64,000 nt of DNA from an uncultured Chthonomonadaceae bacterium (GCA_963817895.1 CAWFQB010000006.1:370511-434510), one strand, 5' to 3'. Counted from the stretch's first letter, positions 29,098-41,374 are shown. The notes: generated from the sequence alone by a model not told the origin. Numbers and translations are program-made.

Positions 29098-30114
29098 ATG
29101 ACAGATATAGCAGCGCAGTATCAAGCCGTGCGGAGTAGGATAGGACTGATTGACCGCTCGGATGCGGGCAAAATCGGTATTAGTGGCGAAGATCGTTTCA
29201 CATGGCTACAAGGTATGGTCAGCAACGATGTCCGCCTGCTCGAAAAGGGCGTGACGCATCGCTTGCAGGCTTGCGTTCTGGATGCTACCGGGCATGTGCT
29301 GTCAGATTTCACGCTGATAAGCCCGCAAGGGGCAAGCAGAATTCTGATTGATCTGCCACGCGCAAATGTCACGAAGATACTGTCTCTGTTCGACCGCTAC
29401 ATTATCACCGAAGATGTGGAAATATCGGATTTGACGGCTACGTTGGGGTGCTTCTCATTACAGGGACCGGATTCGATGCGCTGGATGATGGTGATGGAAA
29501 ACGACCGAATGTTCAGCGAGGCCTGGGACAACTTAGAGGTCTTGATGGATGCTGATCATACCGGCAGCGGGGGCTTTGATGTTTACTTTGGGAGTGAGGC
29601 CGCCGAACAAATCAGGCAAACAAACGCGCTGAAGTCTGTGCCTGTGGTTGGGCCGGAAGCGCAGGAGATTTTGCGTGTCGAGGCGGGAATTCCCAACTAC
29701 GGCGTGGATATGGACGAAACCACGCTCGCGCCGGAAGCCGGACTGATGGCGACGCATATCAGTTTGACGAAAGGCTGCTATGTGGGGCAGGAGATTGTGG
29801 CGCGTATCCACTCGCGGGGACACACCAACCGCGCCCTGACCGGTCTGGTGTTTGCAGCCGGTGACGCGCCCGCTTGTGGTGACAAAATCGTGGTGGAGGA
29901 GGACGGCAAACCACGCGAAACCGGGCGGATTACCAGCGTAATTGCCGCTTCGCCCGCCATGAATGGACTCCCGATTGCGCTCGGCTACGTTCGGCACGAA
30001 CACCGCGCCCCCGGAAGTCCGGTTCAAGTCGTGGGCAGCGACCAAACGCGCCCTGCCAACGTTGTCGAACTCCCCTTCTACAAACCGTCACATGAAGGGG
30101 CTGTAAATCTTTAA
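29098..30114 (+). CDS. ygfZ: Folate-binding YgfZ/GcvT-family protein
   Basis: KGCYVGQE signature. Confidence 0.9.
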   Translation: MTDIAAQYQAVRSRIGLIDRSDAGKIGISGEDRFTWLQGMVSNDVRLLEKGVTHRLQACVLDATGHVLSDFTLISPQGASRILIDLPRANVTKILSLFDRYIITEDVEISDLTATLGCFSLQGPDSMRWMMVMENDRMFSEAWDNLEVLMDADHTGSGGFDVYFGSEAAEQIRQTNALKSVPVVGPEAQEILRVEAGIPNYGVDMDETTLAPEAGLMATHISLTKGCYVGQEIVARIHSRGHTNRALTGLVFAAGDAPACGDKIVVEEDGKPRETGRITSVIAASPAMNGLPIALGYVRHEHRAPGSPVQVVGSDQTRPANVVELPFYKPSHEGAVNL

Positions 30115-30125
30115 TTCTCCGAATA

Positions 30126-31862
30126 TTAGATGTTTCGCGCGTTGGCTTCTACCGTTTGCACAACCTCGTCAATGTGGCCGGACAAAATCAATTTGCCCAT
30201 CGTAAGCGCGAATCCCTTTGCCTGATTGAAATTGATGTGCGGGGGCATGGAAAGCGCGTTCGGGTCCGTTACCACATCCACCAGGGCTGGACCGGGATGC
30301 GCGAAAGCGCGCTGTAGTCCCTCGCGCAATTGCGTGGGGTCTTCGATACGAACGCCCATAACGCCTATTGCCTCCGCCATCTTCGCGAAATCGGGATTCT
30401 TGAGATCGGTCTGCCAGTCGGGATAGCCCGCAACCTCCATCTCCAGTTTCACCATGCCCAGCGCGCTGTTATTGAAGATTACGATTTTGACGGGCAGATC
30501 GTATTGCAGCAGCGTCAGGAAGTCGCCCATCAGCATCGCAAACCCGCCATCGCCGGAAAGAGAGAGTATCTGCCGTCCCGGATACAACAACTGCGCGCCA
30601 ATCGCCTGCGGCAGCGCGTTCGCCATCGAGCCGTGATTGAACGAACCGATCATCCGCCGGTTGGGGGTCGCCTGCAAATAGCGCGCCGCCCAGACCGTAC
30701 TCATCCCGGTATCCACCGTAAAAATCGCGTCCTCGTTTGCCAGTTCGTTAATGGTCGCCGCCACATATTCGGGATGAATGGGGCGGCGAGGCCCAACATG
30801 GTTGACATAAACGTTGAGTTTCCGCAGCGCCTCCTGATACTGCTTTTGCGCGTGTTCCAGATGAGAGGCGTCGGTCTTCTGGGCAAGCAGAGGCAGCAGC
30901 GCCCGGAGCGTTTCCCCCGCGTCGCCGCACACCCCCACATCCACCCGGCAGCGCCGTCCCAGAACTTCGGCGCGGGTATCCACCTGCGCCACTTTCGGCT
31001 GGCTAGGCAGATAGGCGTCATAGGGGAAATCGGTTCCGAGCAGCAGCAGAACATCGCAGTTGTGCATCGCGTCGTAAGCCGCGCCGTACCCGATCAGGCC
31101 GGTCATGCCGACATCGTAGGGATTGTCATAGGCAATGGCGTCTTTGCCGCGCAGGGTGTGTCCCATCGGGGCTTTGAGTTTAGCCGCGACCGCAAGCAGT
31201 TCCTCATGCGCTCCCGCGCAGCCGATGCCGCCGAAGATCGTGACCCGTTTCGCGCCGTTGAGCAGATCGGCCAGGCGGTTTATATCCGCATCACCAGGGC
31301 GGGTCACGGCGCGGGCCATGAGAACGCCCTTCGAGGATGCGGCGGCGTTGTCCGGCATCGGCATGGCGGCCACATCCCCCGACAGCGTAACCACGCTGAC
31401 GCCGCCCTTACTGAGCGCGGTCTGCATCGCTATGTGCAGAATACGGGGCATTTGCTGCGGGACCGCAATAGTTTCGCTGTAGTGGCTGCACTCTCGGAAA
31501 AGCTGTTCCGGGTGCGTTTCCTGAAAATACTGCGAGCCGATTTCGTTGGTGGGGATGTGCGCGGCAATGGCAAGGACCGGCGCTCCGCTCCGATGCGCGT
31601 CGTACAGCCCGTTGATGAGATGGACATGGCCGGGGCCGCAGCTTCCCGCGCAGACTGCCAGTTGTCCGCTCAACTGCGCTTCGGCTCCCGCCGCGAACGC
31701 TCCGGCCTCTTCATGCCGGACGTGAACCCATTCGATCTGCTTACTGCGCCGAACGGCATCCGTAATGGGATTGAGACTATCGCCGACGACCCCGTAAATG
31801 CGCCGAACGCCCGCGTTTTCCAGATTTGCAATGAACTCTTCTGCAACGGTTGAATGTGGCAT
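30126..31862 (-). CDS. poxB: Pyruvate dehydrogenase (quinone) / pyruvate oxidase, TPP-dependent
   Basis: GVVGDSLN, VRHEE, GSCGPG, HGSMANALP and SGDGG motifs. Confidence 0.95.
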   Translation of the reverse strand: MPHSTVAEEFIANLENAGVRRIYGVVGDSLNPITDAVRRSKQIEWVHVRHEEAGAFAAGAEAQLSGQLAVCAGSCGPGHVHLINGLYDAHRSGAPVLAIAAHIPTNEIGSQYFQETHPEQLFRECSHYSETIAVPQQMPRILHIAMQTALSKGGVSVVTLSGDVAAMPMPDNAAASSKGVLMARAVTRPGDADINRLADLLNGAKRVTIFGGIGCAGAHEELLAVAAKLKAPMGHTLRGKDAIAYDNPYDVGMTGLIGYGAAYDAMHNCDVLLLLGTDFPYDAYLPSQPKVAQVDTRAEVLGRRCRVDVGVCGDAGETLRALLPLLAQKTDASHLEHAQKQYQEALRKLNVYVNHVGPRRPIHPEYVAATINELANEDAIFTVDTGMSTVWAARYLQATPNRRMIGSFNHGSMANALPQAIGAQLLYPGRQILSLSGDGGFAMLMGDFLTLLQYDLPVKIVIFNNSALGMVKLEMEVAGYPDWQTDLKNPDFAKMAEAIGVMGVRIEDPTQLREGLQRAFAHPGPALVDVVTDPNALSMPPHINFNQAKGFALTMGKLILSGHIDEVVQTVEANARNI

Positions 31863-32166
31863 CGTGAAACTATCCTCCTGTGGCTTTGCCGTGTAACATC
31901 GTCGCTATGTCGCAACTTCTGCTTTTACACGCAGGAGGAATAGCCATGTTCTCGCTCGAAAGGACTGTTCTGGCGTCCACCTTTCGTAAGCCTGTTGCTT
32001 TCCCCGGAACCGCGCAAGCAAACGCGCCCTCAGCCATAGTGGCGAGGGTGCGCAGTAAAACCGGCAGCAGCGTTGCTTACCTATGTCACCTGCACCTGTG
32101 GCAGAACGGTCAGTCCGACGGCAGAAGTAGAAATGTACCTTTCAGTTCAATCTTGACGGAGTACTA

Positions 32167-32288
32167 CTAGTACTCCGTCAAGGTAGGATAGTTAGTAGGG
32201 GCGTTGCTTGCTGCGCCTTGTATGAGGAGGGTTCAGCAAGCAGAACCCCTACAACGTACCCCTCTATCCTACCTTGACGGTGTACTAG
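32167..32288. mobile_element. MITE with 25-bp terminal inverted repeats carrying an internal GTAG REP doublet
   Basis: CTAGTACTCCGTCAAGGTAGGATAG (32167-32191) and CTATCCTACCTTGACGGTGTACTAG (32264-32288), one mismatch. REP arms at 32195-32219 and 32228-32252. Confidence 0.8.
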
Positions 32289-33013
32289 GCTATCTCCATA
32301 GAATAGTTGATTCCTCTACTATTTTATCTTTTTTGAGATTGATGAAAGTGCCTTGACGTTGATATGTTGTGTCGGCTCCATTATTCGGAGGTTCTTCTTT
32401 TGATCTTCTTGGAAAATGCGTCGAAGTTCTTTGAGAACTTCTTTAGAGTGTCGATAACGAGTTGGATTAGCTTCAAACGTCTTGGGGGCTTCTATAGCTA
32501 GATGCCCAAGATTCAGTTTCGCAAAATTCCCCATTTTTTTCTCAATATCTGTCCTGCCATTCACATATTTTTCTATAGAAATGTCCTTTGCAGATTCTGT
32601 TGATTTGTCCAAAAAGTCTTTCATGGTATCGATGTCTAAGTTATTTAACATCGCTAAATGTTCGACATTTAGAAAATGCGACTCAATATCAACGCCCTCT
32701 GTCAGAAATGGTTCAGCATTCATATTGCGAATTTTTATTTCCCATTCTTGAGCTTCATCATCTGTCAAGTAATCTCGATCTCTATGAACAACAATCTTAG
32801 TTGAGGGGTTGGACGCCCGTATAAGTTCAAGTAGTGGGCGTAGATTGTGTGGAGATGTGCAGCCATAGTAGGCAAGTACTAGTGACTCGTTCATTGGAAA
32901 GCCGGAAACTCTAGAAGTACCTCCAATCCTCTTTTGATTGAATCTTCAGTAAGCACTATGCATTTGGCACCAGACTGCGAAATCATCTCCTTTACGTCCA
33001 AAGCACCAATATC

Positions 33014-34448
33014 TAGTGGGTCAGTTGCCACGCTGAGGAACAAACTCGGTTTTTGCCTCGTCACTTCTGTTGCGTGGAGCGCATTGGCTCCCGCAGGAGA
33101 AGGAGCATGGCACGTCCACCGAAAGAACCGTTACGACCATTAACGCAGGCCGAGCGCACAGAACTCTCGGCTCTGGCCCGTTCGCGCAGCGCTCCGGCAG
33201 ATCGCATTGCCCGCGCGAAGGAACTTCTGGCCGTTGCGGAGGGCCAGTCTTTTGGACAAGCGGCTCACCAAGCCGGACGCACCTCGCGTCAAGCGGTTGC
33301 CCGCCTGGTACGCCGGTTCAATCAGGAAGGCATGCCAGCCGTGGCCGGACATCACGGCGGTGGTCCGGCGCTTGCCTACGGCTCTGAGGAGCAAGCCCGC
33401 ATCCTCCAAGAGTTTGCTCGTCCGCCTGACCGGGAAAAAGACGGAACGGCTACTTGGTCGTTGACGACGTTGCAGCGCGCCTTGCGCCGTGCCCCGGATG
33501 GTCTGCCGAAGGTGAGCACCTATGTCATCCTGCAAACCCTCCACCAGGCGGGCTATTCTTGGCAGCAAAGCCGCACCTGGTGTCACACGGGAACCGTGCA
33601 ACGCAAGCGCAAAGAAGGCGTCGCAACCGTACAGGATCCCGAAGCCGACCTAAAAAGGGGCTGATCGAGCAGGCGTACACTTGCGCGGAACAGGCGGGCA
33701 TTCCCGTCTGGAACCAGGACGAAGCCGGACCCTACCAAGCCATTCCACAGCCAGGAGCCAGTTGGCAACCCGAAGGCAAGCCGGCTTGTCAGCCGCACGA
33801 GTATATTCGGCAGGGCACGGCCAAGTTGCTGACACTGTTTCATCCCAAAAGCGGTCAGGTACGCGCTTTGCCTGTCGAGCAAGCGACCAATGCGATCCTG
33901 CATCCCTGGCTCAAGCAGGAGTTGAGCGCTATTCTCGACGCCCTCCCGGATTTGCCTCCCGAAGCACAAAGCGGTTGGGGCCGGCATTGGGTGGATTGGG
34001 GCTTTCCCGCCTCCGCTTTTGCCGATGGCTTGGGACCGCTGGTGCGCCTGATCCTGATCTGGGACAATCTGGCCGGCCACTACACGCCCGAAATCGTAGA
34101 ATGGTGTACTCAGCACGGCATCCTTCTTTTATATACGCCCCTGGGCGGTTCCTGGCTCAACATGGCCGAAGCCATTCAGCGTATCCTGGTACGCCGTGCG
34201 CTTTCGGGGCAACATCCCGAAAGTTCGGAACAGATTCGGGAATGGTTGGCTGCTACGGTACGCGGCTGGAATGCCGATCCGACGCCGTTTGAATGGGGCG
34301 GCAAACGCTGGCAGCGGCGGCAACGGTTTCGGGAGCGCCATAAGCTCGGCGGTAGCCGCGCCTTTACTCGCCGACCGGTGCGCAGGCGTTGGCAGAGCAA
34401 GGAATAGCCCGTTTGTATTTGTTCCTCAGCGTGACAACTGACCCACTA
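33014..34448 (+). mobile_element. IS630-family insertion sequence
   Basis: 31-bp terminal inverted repeats TAGTGGGTCAGTTGCCACGCTGAGGAACAAA (one mismatch, counted with the TA). Duplicated TA within CTAG. Confidence 0.95.
33107..34407 (+). CDS. IS630 transposase (orfA 33107-33664 + orfB via -1 frameshift)
   Basis: HTH orfA, DDE motifs QDEAG, IWDNL and SWLNMAE. Slippery AAAAAGGGG at 33652-33660. Confidence 0.92.
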
Positions 34449-35576
34449 GTAGTACAGCAAGATCCTGAGACTTAGCAAATGTTTCAACCGTACCGTTGCG
34501 TACCCACAAAAAGTTTGCCTGTCCACTCAGGGCATCTACGACATGCCGCGAGTGTGTTGTGAGAAATACCTGAGTATTTCTATCTTCTGCGACTAACTGA
34601 AGTAATTTGCATAACAGACGTTGGTTGTTCGGATGCAGGTGTGAGTCAGGTTCGTCAAGAATTATGATGGATGGATGAAAGTAGTGAATGTAACCTAGTA
34701 TCTGTACTGCTTGCAAAACCCCTGTACCAGCAAGTTCAATTGGTACTAATACAGACCCCGAATTTACCATTACCGTGATGAATTCATCTGTTCCATCACG
34801 GTATTCAACTTTAATATCTATGTCAGGGAATATCTTCCGCAGAATTCTTCAAGAAATTGTGACCAAGAGGCTGAATGATCATTATCAGAGAGACGGCGTA
34901 AAATATTTCTAAACACCAGATTCGCGTCCCCACGCGCAATTGTTCGTAGAAGTACGCCGTTCGAAATAAAATTTTCATGCCTGGCTATACCTGCAAGCCC
35001 TGGAGAATATATTGTGAAGGGCTTTTCAATATTACCAAGATTGCGTGCTGCTTTAACATTATCAACAGCAACAACAATATTACCATTTTTGCCTTTCCGA
35101 ATGTAGAGGTTTATTTTCTCGCCATTCTTGAGAACGAATGAAAATTCTATAGCCGTAGCACGGCTTTCAAAAAGCTTCCCACCAAAACCTAGAGCATACA
35201 AATCAACACATGGAGCATAAAGAATCTGTTCGGGAGTCAAACTTACACTAACAGTTTGTTGGTTTCCCCATCTCCCAGCAAGTTCAATTGATTGGAATAG
35301 ACCAATCCCAAAATGGATTATTTGAGCAAGCGTACTTTTTCCTGCGTTATTTGCGCCTATGAAGACGTTAATATCGGAAGCATCAAAAGGGGCATCTTTG
35401 ATACCCTTAAAGCGTTGGACGCTGACAGATTGTAATGAGTTGTTCATATTCCCTTTCTTTTGGCTATCGCAATAACCTGAAATTCGGAATTCGCGCATAA
35501 CTAAGCCGAACAAACTGATGAATGTAGTACTGCAATCCATAGAAGCGTTGCTAGAACTGCTCAGATACAGGATTTT

Positions 35577-35777
35577 TCAAATCTCTGTTGCCTTCCCTGC
35601 GCGATACTCTGCCAGCGCTTCTTCCGCCAGCGCTTCCAGCTTGCCCGTACCGGCATCGGCTTCAGTTTGCTCATTCCATACCTTGCCGTCAAACTCCAAA
35701 AACCATTCGCGAAAGCGGGCTAGTTCGTCAGGAGACAGTTGCTCGACCACCTGCTCCGCTGTTTTCAGCATTGTCAT
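35577..35777 (-). CDS. Small acidic antitoxin-like protein
   Basis: QLSPDELARFREWF...GKLEALAEEALAEYRAGK resembles type II antitoxins of RelE/ParE-like modules. Confidence 0.65.
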   Translation of the reverse strand: MTMLKTAEQVVEQLSPDELARFREWFLEFDGKVWNEQTEADAGTGKLEALAEEALAEYRAGKATEI

Positions 35778-36005
35778 TATCACTCTCCCTGTGTCAATGA
35801 CGGTCACACTCTCAACGCATAATGTCTGCCATTATAGCAACACGCGTTGCTCCTGTCAATAGCTGATTCAGAAGTATGGCAGCCCGATTGAGAAACCAGC
35901 CGAGCGCACACGCCCCAAACGATATAATGCAGGAATTAATTTCTGACGTACCGAATTATCACATAATGCCAATCACCCATTTCAGCCTCTGCGAGAAAAC
36001 AGTCT

Positions 36006-36242
36006 GTGAACAAGCCACCCAAAAACAAGCGTAATTACGCGGTCATTCGCCTCGAAGAGGCGATGCAGTTGATCCTCATCACGCGCTTCACGTCCTGGAA
36101 CCTCAACGCGCCGCCGCGTCCGCCGAGTGCAGGGTTGCAGGAACATCTGCGCCGCCTGCAAGTATTCGATACGCAAACAACGGAAAGGGCGAAAACCCTG
36201 CTCATAGACGCGCTGTTTGCTGAAATCGTGCCGCCATCATAA
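36006..36242 (+). pseudogene. N-terminal gene fragment ending beside a REP doublet
   Basis: 78-aa ORF ending shortly after a TTERAKTLLIDALF helix typical of restriction-endonuclease-like families. REP begins 22 bp later. Confidence 0.4.
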
Positions 36243-36264
36243 CCCCGTAGCGCGGAAGCCTCTA

Positions 36265-36509
36265 CCCTCATCCGGCCTCCGGCCACCTTCTCCCTGCAAG
36301 GAAGAAGGCGAAACTGTTCAATGGGTGGTTCAACGGGGGATTGAGAAATACCAACAGGAACTCCACACCGGAACACAACCCCTATCCAACCCACTCAACT
36401 CCCACATCAACCTTCTCCCCAATAACAACCCATCCCATAATGAACCCACCCAACTACCACATTAGCCTTCTCCCTTGCAGGGAGAAGGTGGCCGGAGGCC
36501 GGATGAGGG
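36265..36509. repeat. REP-like doublet (same family as 4259-4448)
   Basis: Inverted CCCTCATCCGGCCTCCGGCCACCTTCTCCC arms around a C/A-rich spacer. Confidence 0.92.
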
Positions 36510-36848
36510 TAGAAACTCCCAATTCCACCCAACCCTACATCTAGTGTTTGCGCATATTCTATTTGTCTCTGTTTGCAGCCTGCCTTCAGCACATGTTGAC
36601 ACCAGTGTAACATGACTATTGCGCCATGTTTGCACCAGTGCGGCACAGGGGTTTTGCCGGGTTCCCGCCGGTGTGACGTACCCCTATATCTAGTGTCTGA
36701 CCGAATTGGAAGTAGGCGTTCAGAGGTATTACAAAATCTGTCTTTTCGGTCAGGCGGAAAAGAGCGTTCACGCTGTCTTACGGTTACAAAATTTGCGCCG
36801 CCTGAACATAGAGAGTTTACGTTCAGGTTGGACTTGGGAAAGACACTG

Positions 36849-39346
36849 ATGATTCGTATTCACACGCAACGCTACGTCCCTGTCGTCGGGATAGGGCTTT
36901 TTCTCACGCTTGCGCCATCCGCCGGTTACGGGCCAGCGCGGGCGCAAAACACTGCCGCTACGCCTGCCCCCGGTTTGCAGGACGCCCTGCTGACCCAATG
37001 GCCGCGCCAGATTGCCAGCGGAACCGCGACCCTCACCGTGTATCAGCCACAGCTTGACCGCTGGCAGGGCAACCGGCTGACCGGGCGCGCGGCGGTATCC
37101 GCGCAGGCCAGCGCCGTCGCCACTCCCGTTTATGGCGTCGTCTGGTTTTCCGCCCGTACCGACGTGGACAAGGAAGCCTCCCTCGTCACGCTCAACGATA
37201 TTCAGATCACGCGCAATACCCTGCCCAACGACCAGAACTATGTCCGCATACTACAGCAGGATGTGGGCAATCTCACGCGTACCCTGCCGCTGGAGCAGTT
37301 GGAAGCCAACCTTGCCATCACGCAGGCCGAGCAGCGACAAACACAGCAGCCCATCCGCAACGATCCGCCGCGCATCATTTACAGCAATCGCCCCGCCGTA
37401 CTCGTGCTTGTGGACGGTACGCCCGCCCTGCGCCCCGTTGCCGGAACCAATCTGCTGCGGGTCATCAACACCCCCGCCCTCCTGTTGCTCGATCAGGCCA
37501 GCGGAACCTACTATCTGTACCTGATGGATCGCTGGATGCAGGCCGCTTCCCTGCAAGGCGCATGGAAGGTCGCCGCCAACCCGCCCGCCGCCCTCGAAAC
37601 CGCGCGCCAGGCCGCTGTCGCCGCGCAGAACGTAGACTTGATGGACAACCCGACGCCCGACGTGAAGCAGGCGCTGGATACCGATGTCGTGCCCACCGTC
37701 TATGTCAGCGAAACGCAGGCGGAGTTGATCCAGACGCAGGGTGCGCCCAACTTCTCACCCATTGCCGGAACCCGCCTGCTGTGGGCGCAAAATTCACAAA
37801 ACAGCCTGTTCCTCAATACCGCCGACCAGAACTATTATACGCTGATTTCGGGACGCTGGTATCGTTCCCGCTCGCTGACAAACGGGGCATGGACATTCGT
37901 TGCGGGCAACGCGCTGCCCCGCGACTTCGCCCGTATTCCCGAATCGCATCCCGCCGGTGACGCCCTCCCCTCCGTTCCGGGAACAACACAGGCGAAACAG
38001 GCCCTTATCGCGCACAACATCCCGCAAACCGCGACGGTACAGCGGAGTTCCGCGCACCTCGATGTGACCTACGATGGCGAACCACAATTCGCGCCCGTTG
38101 AAGGTACGACGATGCAGTACGCCACCAACACGGCCATGCCCGTCATTCTCATCAGTCCCGGCGTGTACTACGCCTGTCAAAACGGCGTGTGGTTTACGGG
38201 GGGGGCGCCCATCGGTCCCTGGACGATCACGGACTCGGTTCCGCCCATAATCTATACCATTCCCGTCACATCCCCGATAAACTACGTCACCAATACCTAC
38301 GTGTACGGGGCTACGCCGGATTCGGTCTACGTCGGCTACACGCCCGGCTACCTGGGCACGTATGTGGAACCCTACGGGACAGTCGTTTACGGCTCCGGGT
38401 ATCGCTATCGGCCCTGGGTCGGCAGCCTGTGGATCGGCGCTCCCATCACGTATGGTCTGGGCGTGGGCTTTGATTTCAACATCGGCAGCGGGTGGTCTAT
38501 CGGGTTCGGGTTCGGCTATGGCCCGATCTGGCATCCCTGGTGGGGTCCTTGGTGGGGCGATTGGCGCTGGCGTGACCGCGTTCGCTGGACGGATGGCTTC
38601 CGGCGCGATCATGGCGACTGGCGCTGGCATGACGCGAATTTGAACCACTTCAATGTGTATCATCGCTGGCCGCAGAATGTCGCCGTCAGCCGCCCGCGCG
38701 CGGGAGTACGACCCGCGTATACGCTTGGCAATCGGGGCAGGACGGGCGGCAATACGGTCTTTGCCGGACGTGACGGCGGCGTGTACCGCCGTACTCCGAC
38801 AGGATGGCAGGCGCGAACGGGCAATCAATGGCGTCCCCTGTCCACTGCGGGCGCGGCGGGCCGAACCGCAGCAGGCGCGAATGTCCGAACGGCGCGGACA
38901 GGCATCGTGAACGCGCCTGTGGAAACACCGGCGCGTCTTAACAGCGAACAAAGCGTGCGCGCCTTCGGAGGCGCGCGAACGGCTGCAAGTCCGTACCATA
39001 TCGGCGCGGAAGCGGGAACAGCGGGCATTGGAACGTACCGCCCGCAAACAGGTATCAGCGCCTACCGTTCGACGCCGATTGTCGGTTCTTATAATCCGGT
39101 AGCGGGCATTGGCGCGGTTCGCCCGGTCACGCCTACGTTCCGCGCGCCTTCACCGGTCTTCCGCGCTCCGTCGCCGCAGATCAGCAGACCCTTTCCCTCC
39201 ATGGGCGGCAGTTTCGGCGGGTATGCGCGGCGTGGAAATGTCAGCGTTCCAACAGGCGGCTTCGGGGGCGCGCGTCCCGGCGGATTTAGTGGAGGCGGAG
39301 TCCGTGTTGGCGGTTTCGGAGGCGGCGGAATACGAGGTGGACGACG

Positions 39347-39350
<4 letters not shown>
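36849..39350 (+). CDS. Large secreted protein with Trp/Gly/Tyr-rich region and low-complexity Gly/Arg tail
   Basis: Signal peptide, WPRQ...VYQPQ and GYTPGYLG..VVYGSGY motifs, RGG-rich C-terminus. Confidence 0.8.
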
Positions 39351-40474
<1,124 letters not shown>

Positions 40475-40481
40475 ATGATGC

Positions 40482-40654
40482 TTTCACCACAGAGACACAG
40501 AGACATCGAGGTTTCACAGAGGGAGGAAAAGGAGAAGAGGAAGCCGAAAACGTTTGCCCGATGTGTAATCCTGTTCCTCCTGAAAAATCCTGTTAATCCT
40601 GTCTATTCTCCTCTTGTTCTTTCTCTGTGAAACCTCGGTGTCTCTGTGGTGAAA
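40482..40654. repeat. Nonamer-based palindromic element (TTCACCACAGAGACACAGAG) with nested AATCCTG repeats
   Basis: Arms at 40482-40521 and 40623-40654 are inverted. Confidence 0.85.
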
Positions 40655-40658
40655 ATTC

Positions 40659-41351
40659 CTATCCTACCGCATCCAGCGCGTCTTTGATGGACATTTGGAC
40701 GCAGGTGAAAATCGGCGTGTCGCGCAGGGTGAACAGGCTCGATTCGGTTTCGCGCAGGGCCATCACCAAATCCAGAAAGTCGGCCATGATGTCCGTTTCA
40801 AACGCAACCACGAATTCCTGATCGTCAATGCCGAACGAGTACGTCGTGTTCAGCTTTACGGTGGGGAATTTATGTCCCACTTCGATGTGCGTGGACATGG
40901 CCTTCTGGCGCTCTTCCAGCGATTTCAAGTACCACTGGCGCGTTTTGACGAAAGGGTACACGAACAGGTATTTGCGCCCGGTGGGACGAATCACCAGTCG
41001 GCGGCCTTCGGGGGAGCCTTTCTCCGTTGGGTCTATGTACTGCGAGTTCTTGGTCATGGCAAGAAAACAGTAGGGCTGCGTGGCCCACTTGCCCATACCC
41101 GTATTCAGCAGTTTCGAGCCGTGCTTCTGAATAATATCCAGCTCCGGGCTGGCGTTCCACAGCAGCAAATCCACGTCGCCGCGTATGCCGACAAGGGAGT
41201 AACTGCGCACCATCATCTCATCTGCGGCCTCTTCCACCGCGTTCGCGAACGCCGCCTTATCCTGCGCCCGAACCTCGTCCGGCTGCCGCCGCCACGCCGC
41301 ATCAAACTTATAAAACGCAAACTGCACCATCGGGCGTCCGCGATTGTCCAT
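40659..41351 (-). CDS. Chlorite dismutase / coproheme decarboxylase (HemQ/ChdC) family protein
   Basis: YPFVKTRQWY, proximal His (MSTHIEVG) and TYSFGIDDQEFVVAFE motifs. Confidence 0.9.
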   Translation of the reverse strand: MDNRGRPMVQFAFYKFDAAWRRQPDEVRAQDKAAFANAVEEAADEMMVRSYSLVGIRGDVDLLLWNASPELDIIQKHGSKLLNTGMGKWATQPYCFLAMTKNSQYIDPTEKGSPEGRRLVIRPTGRKYLFVYPFVKTRQWYLKSLEERQKAMSTHIEVGHKFPTVKLNTTYSFGIDDQEFVVAFETDIMADFLDLVMALRETESSLFTLRDTPIFTCVQMSIKDALDAVG

Positions 41352-41374
41352 GAAAATACTCCTTCGGAGTGGGA

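Larger units (their letters stand above)
32319..35446 (-). pseudogene. OLD-like ATP-dependent nuclease (ABC ATPase + TOPRIM), interrupted by IS630 and frameshifts; low GC
   Basis: GANNAGKST, GTGVLQ signature, IILDEPDSHLHP and TTHS. After the IS: VLTED, YYGCT and VHRDRD (TOPRIM-like). Removing the IS rejoins AVLL-DIGALD in frame. Confidence 0.8.

Noticed and set aside
31960..32090. TPP riboswitch upstream of poxB
   Set aside because: GGCTGAG is present on the minus strand, but the CTGAT/TAAT..CC..GCG.AGGGA elements are missing.
36320..36405. Short matches (AATGGGTGGT, CCCACTCAAC) to the 2.3-kb 11-bp array
   Set aside because: They lie in a low-complexity REP spacer whose start is homologous to other REP spacers and lacks 11-bp phasing, so they are likely chance.
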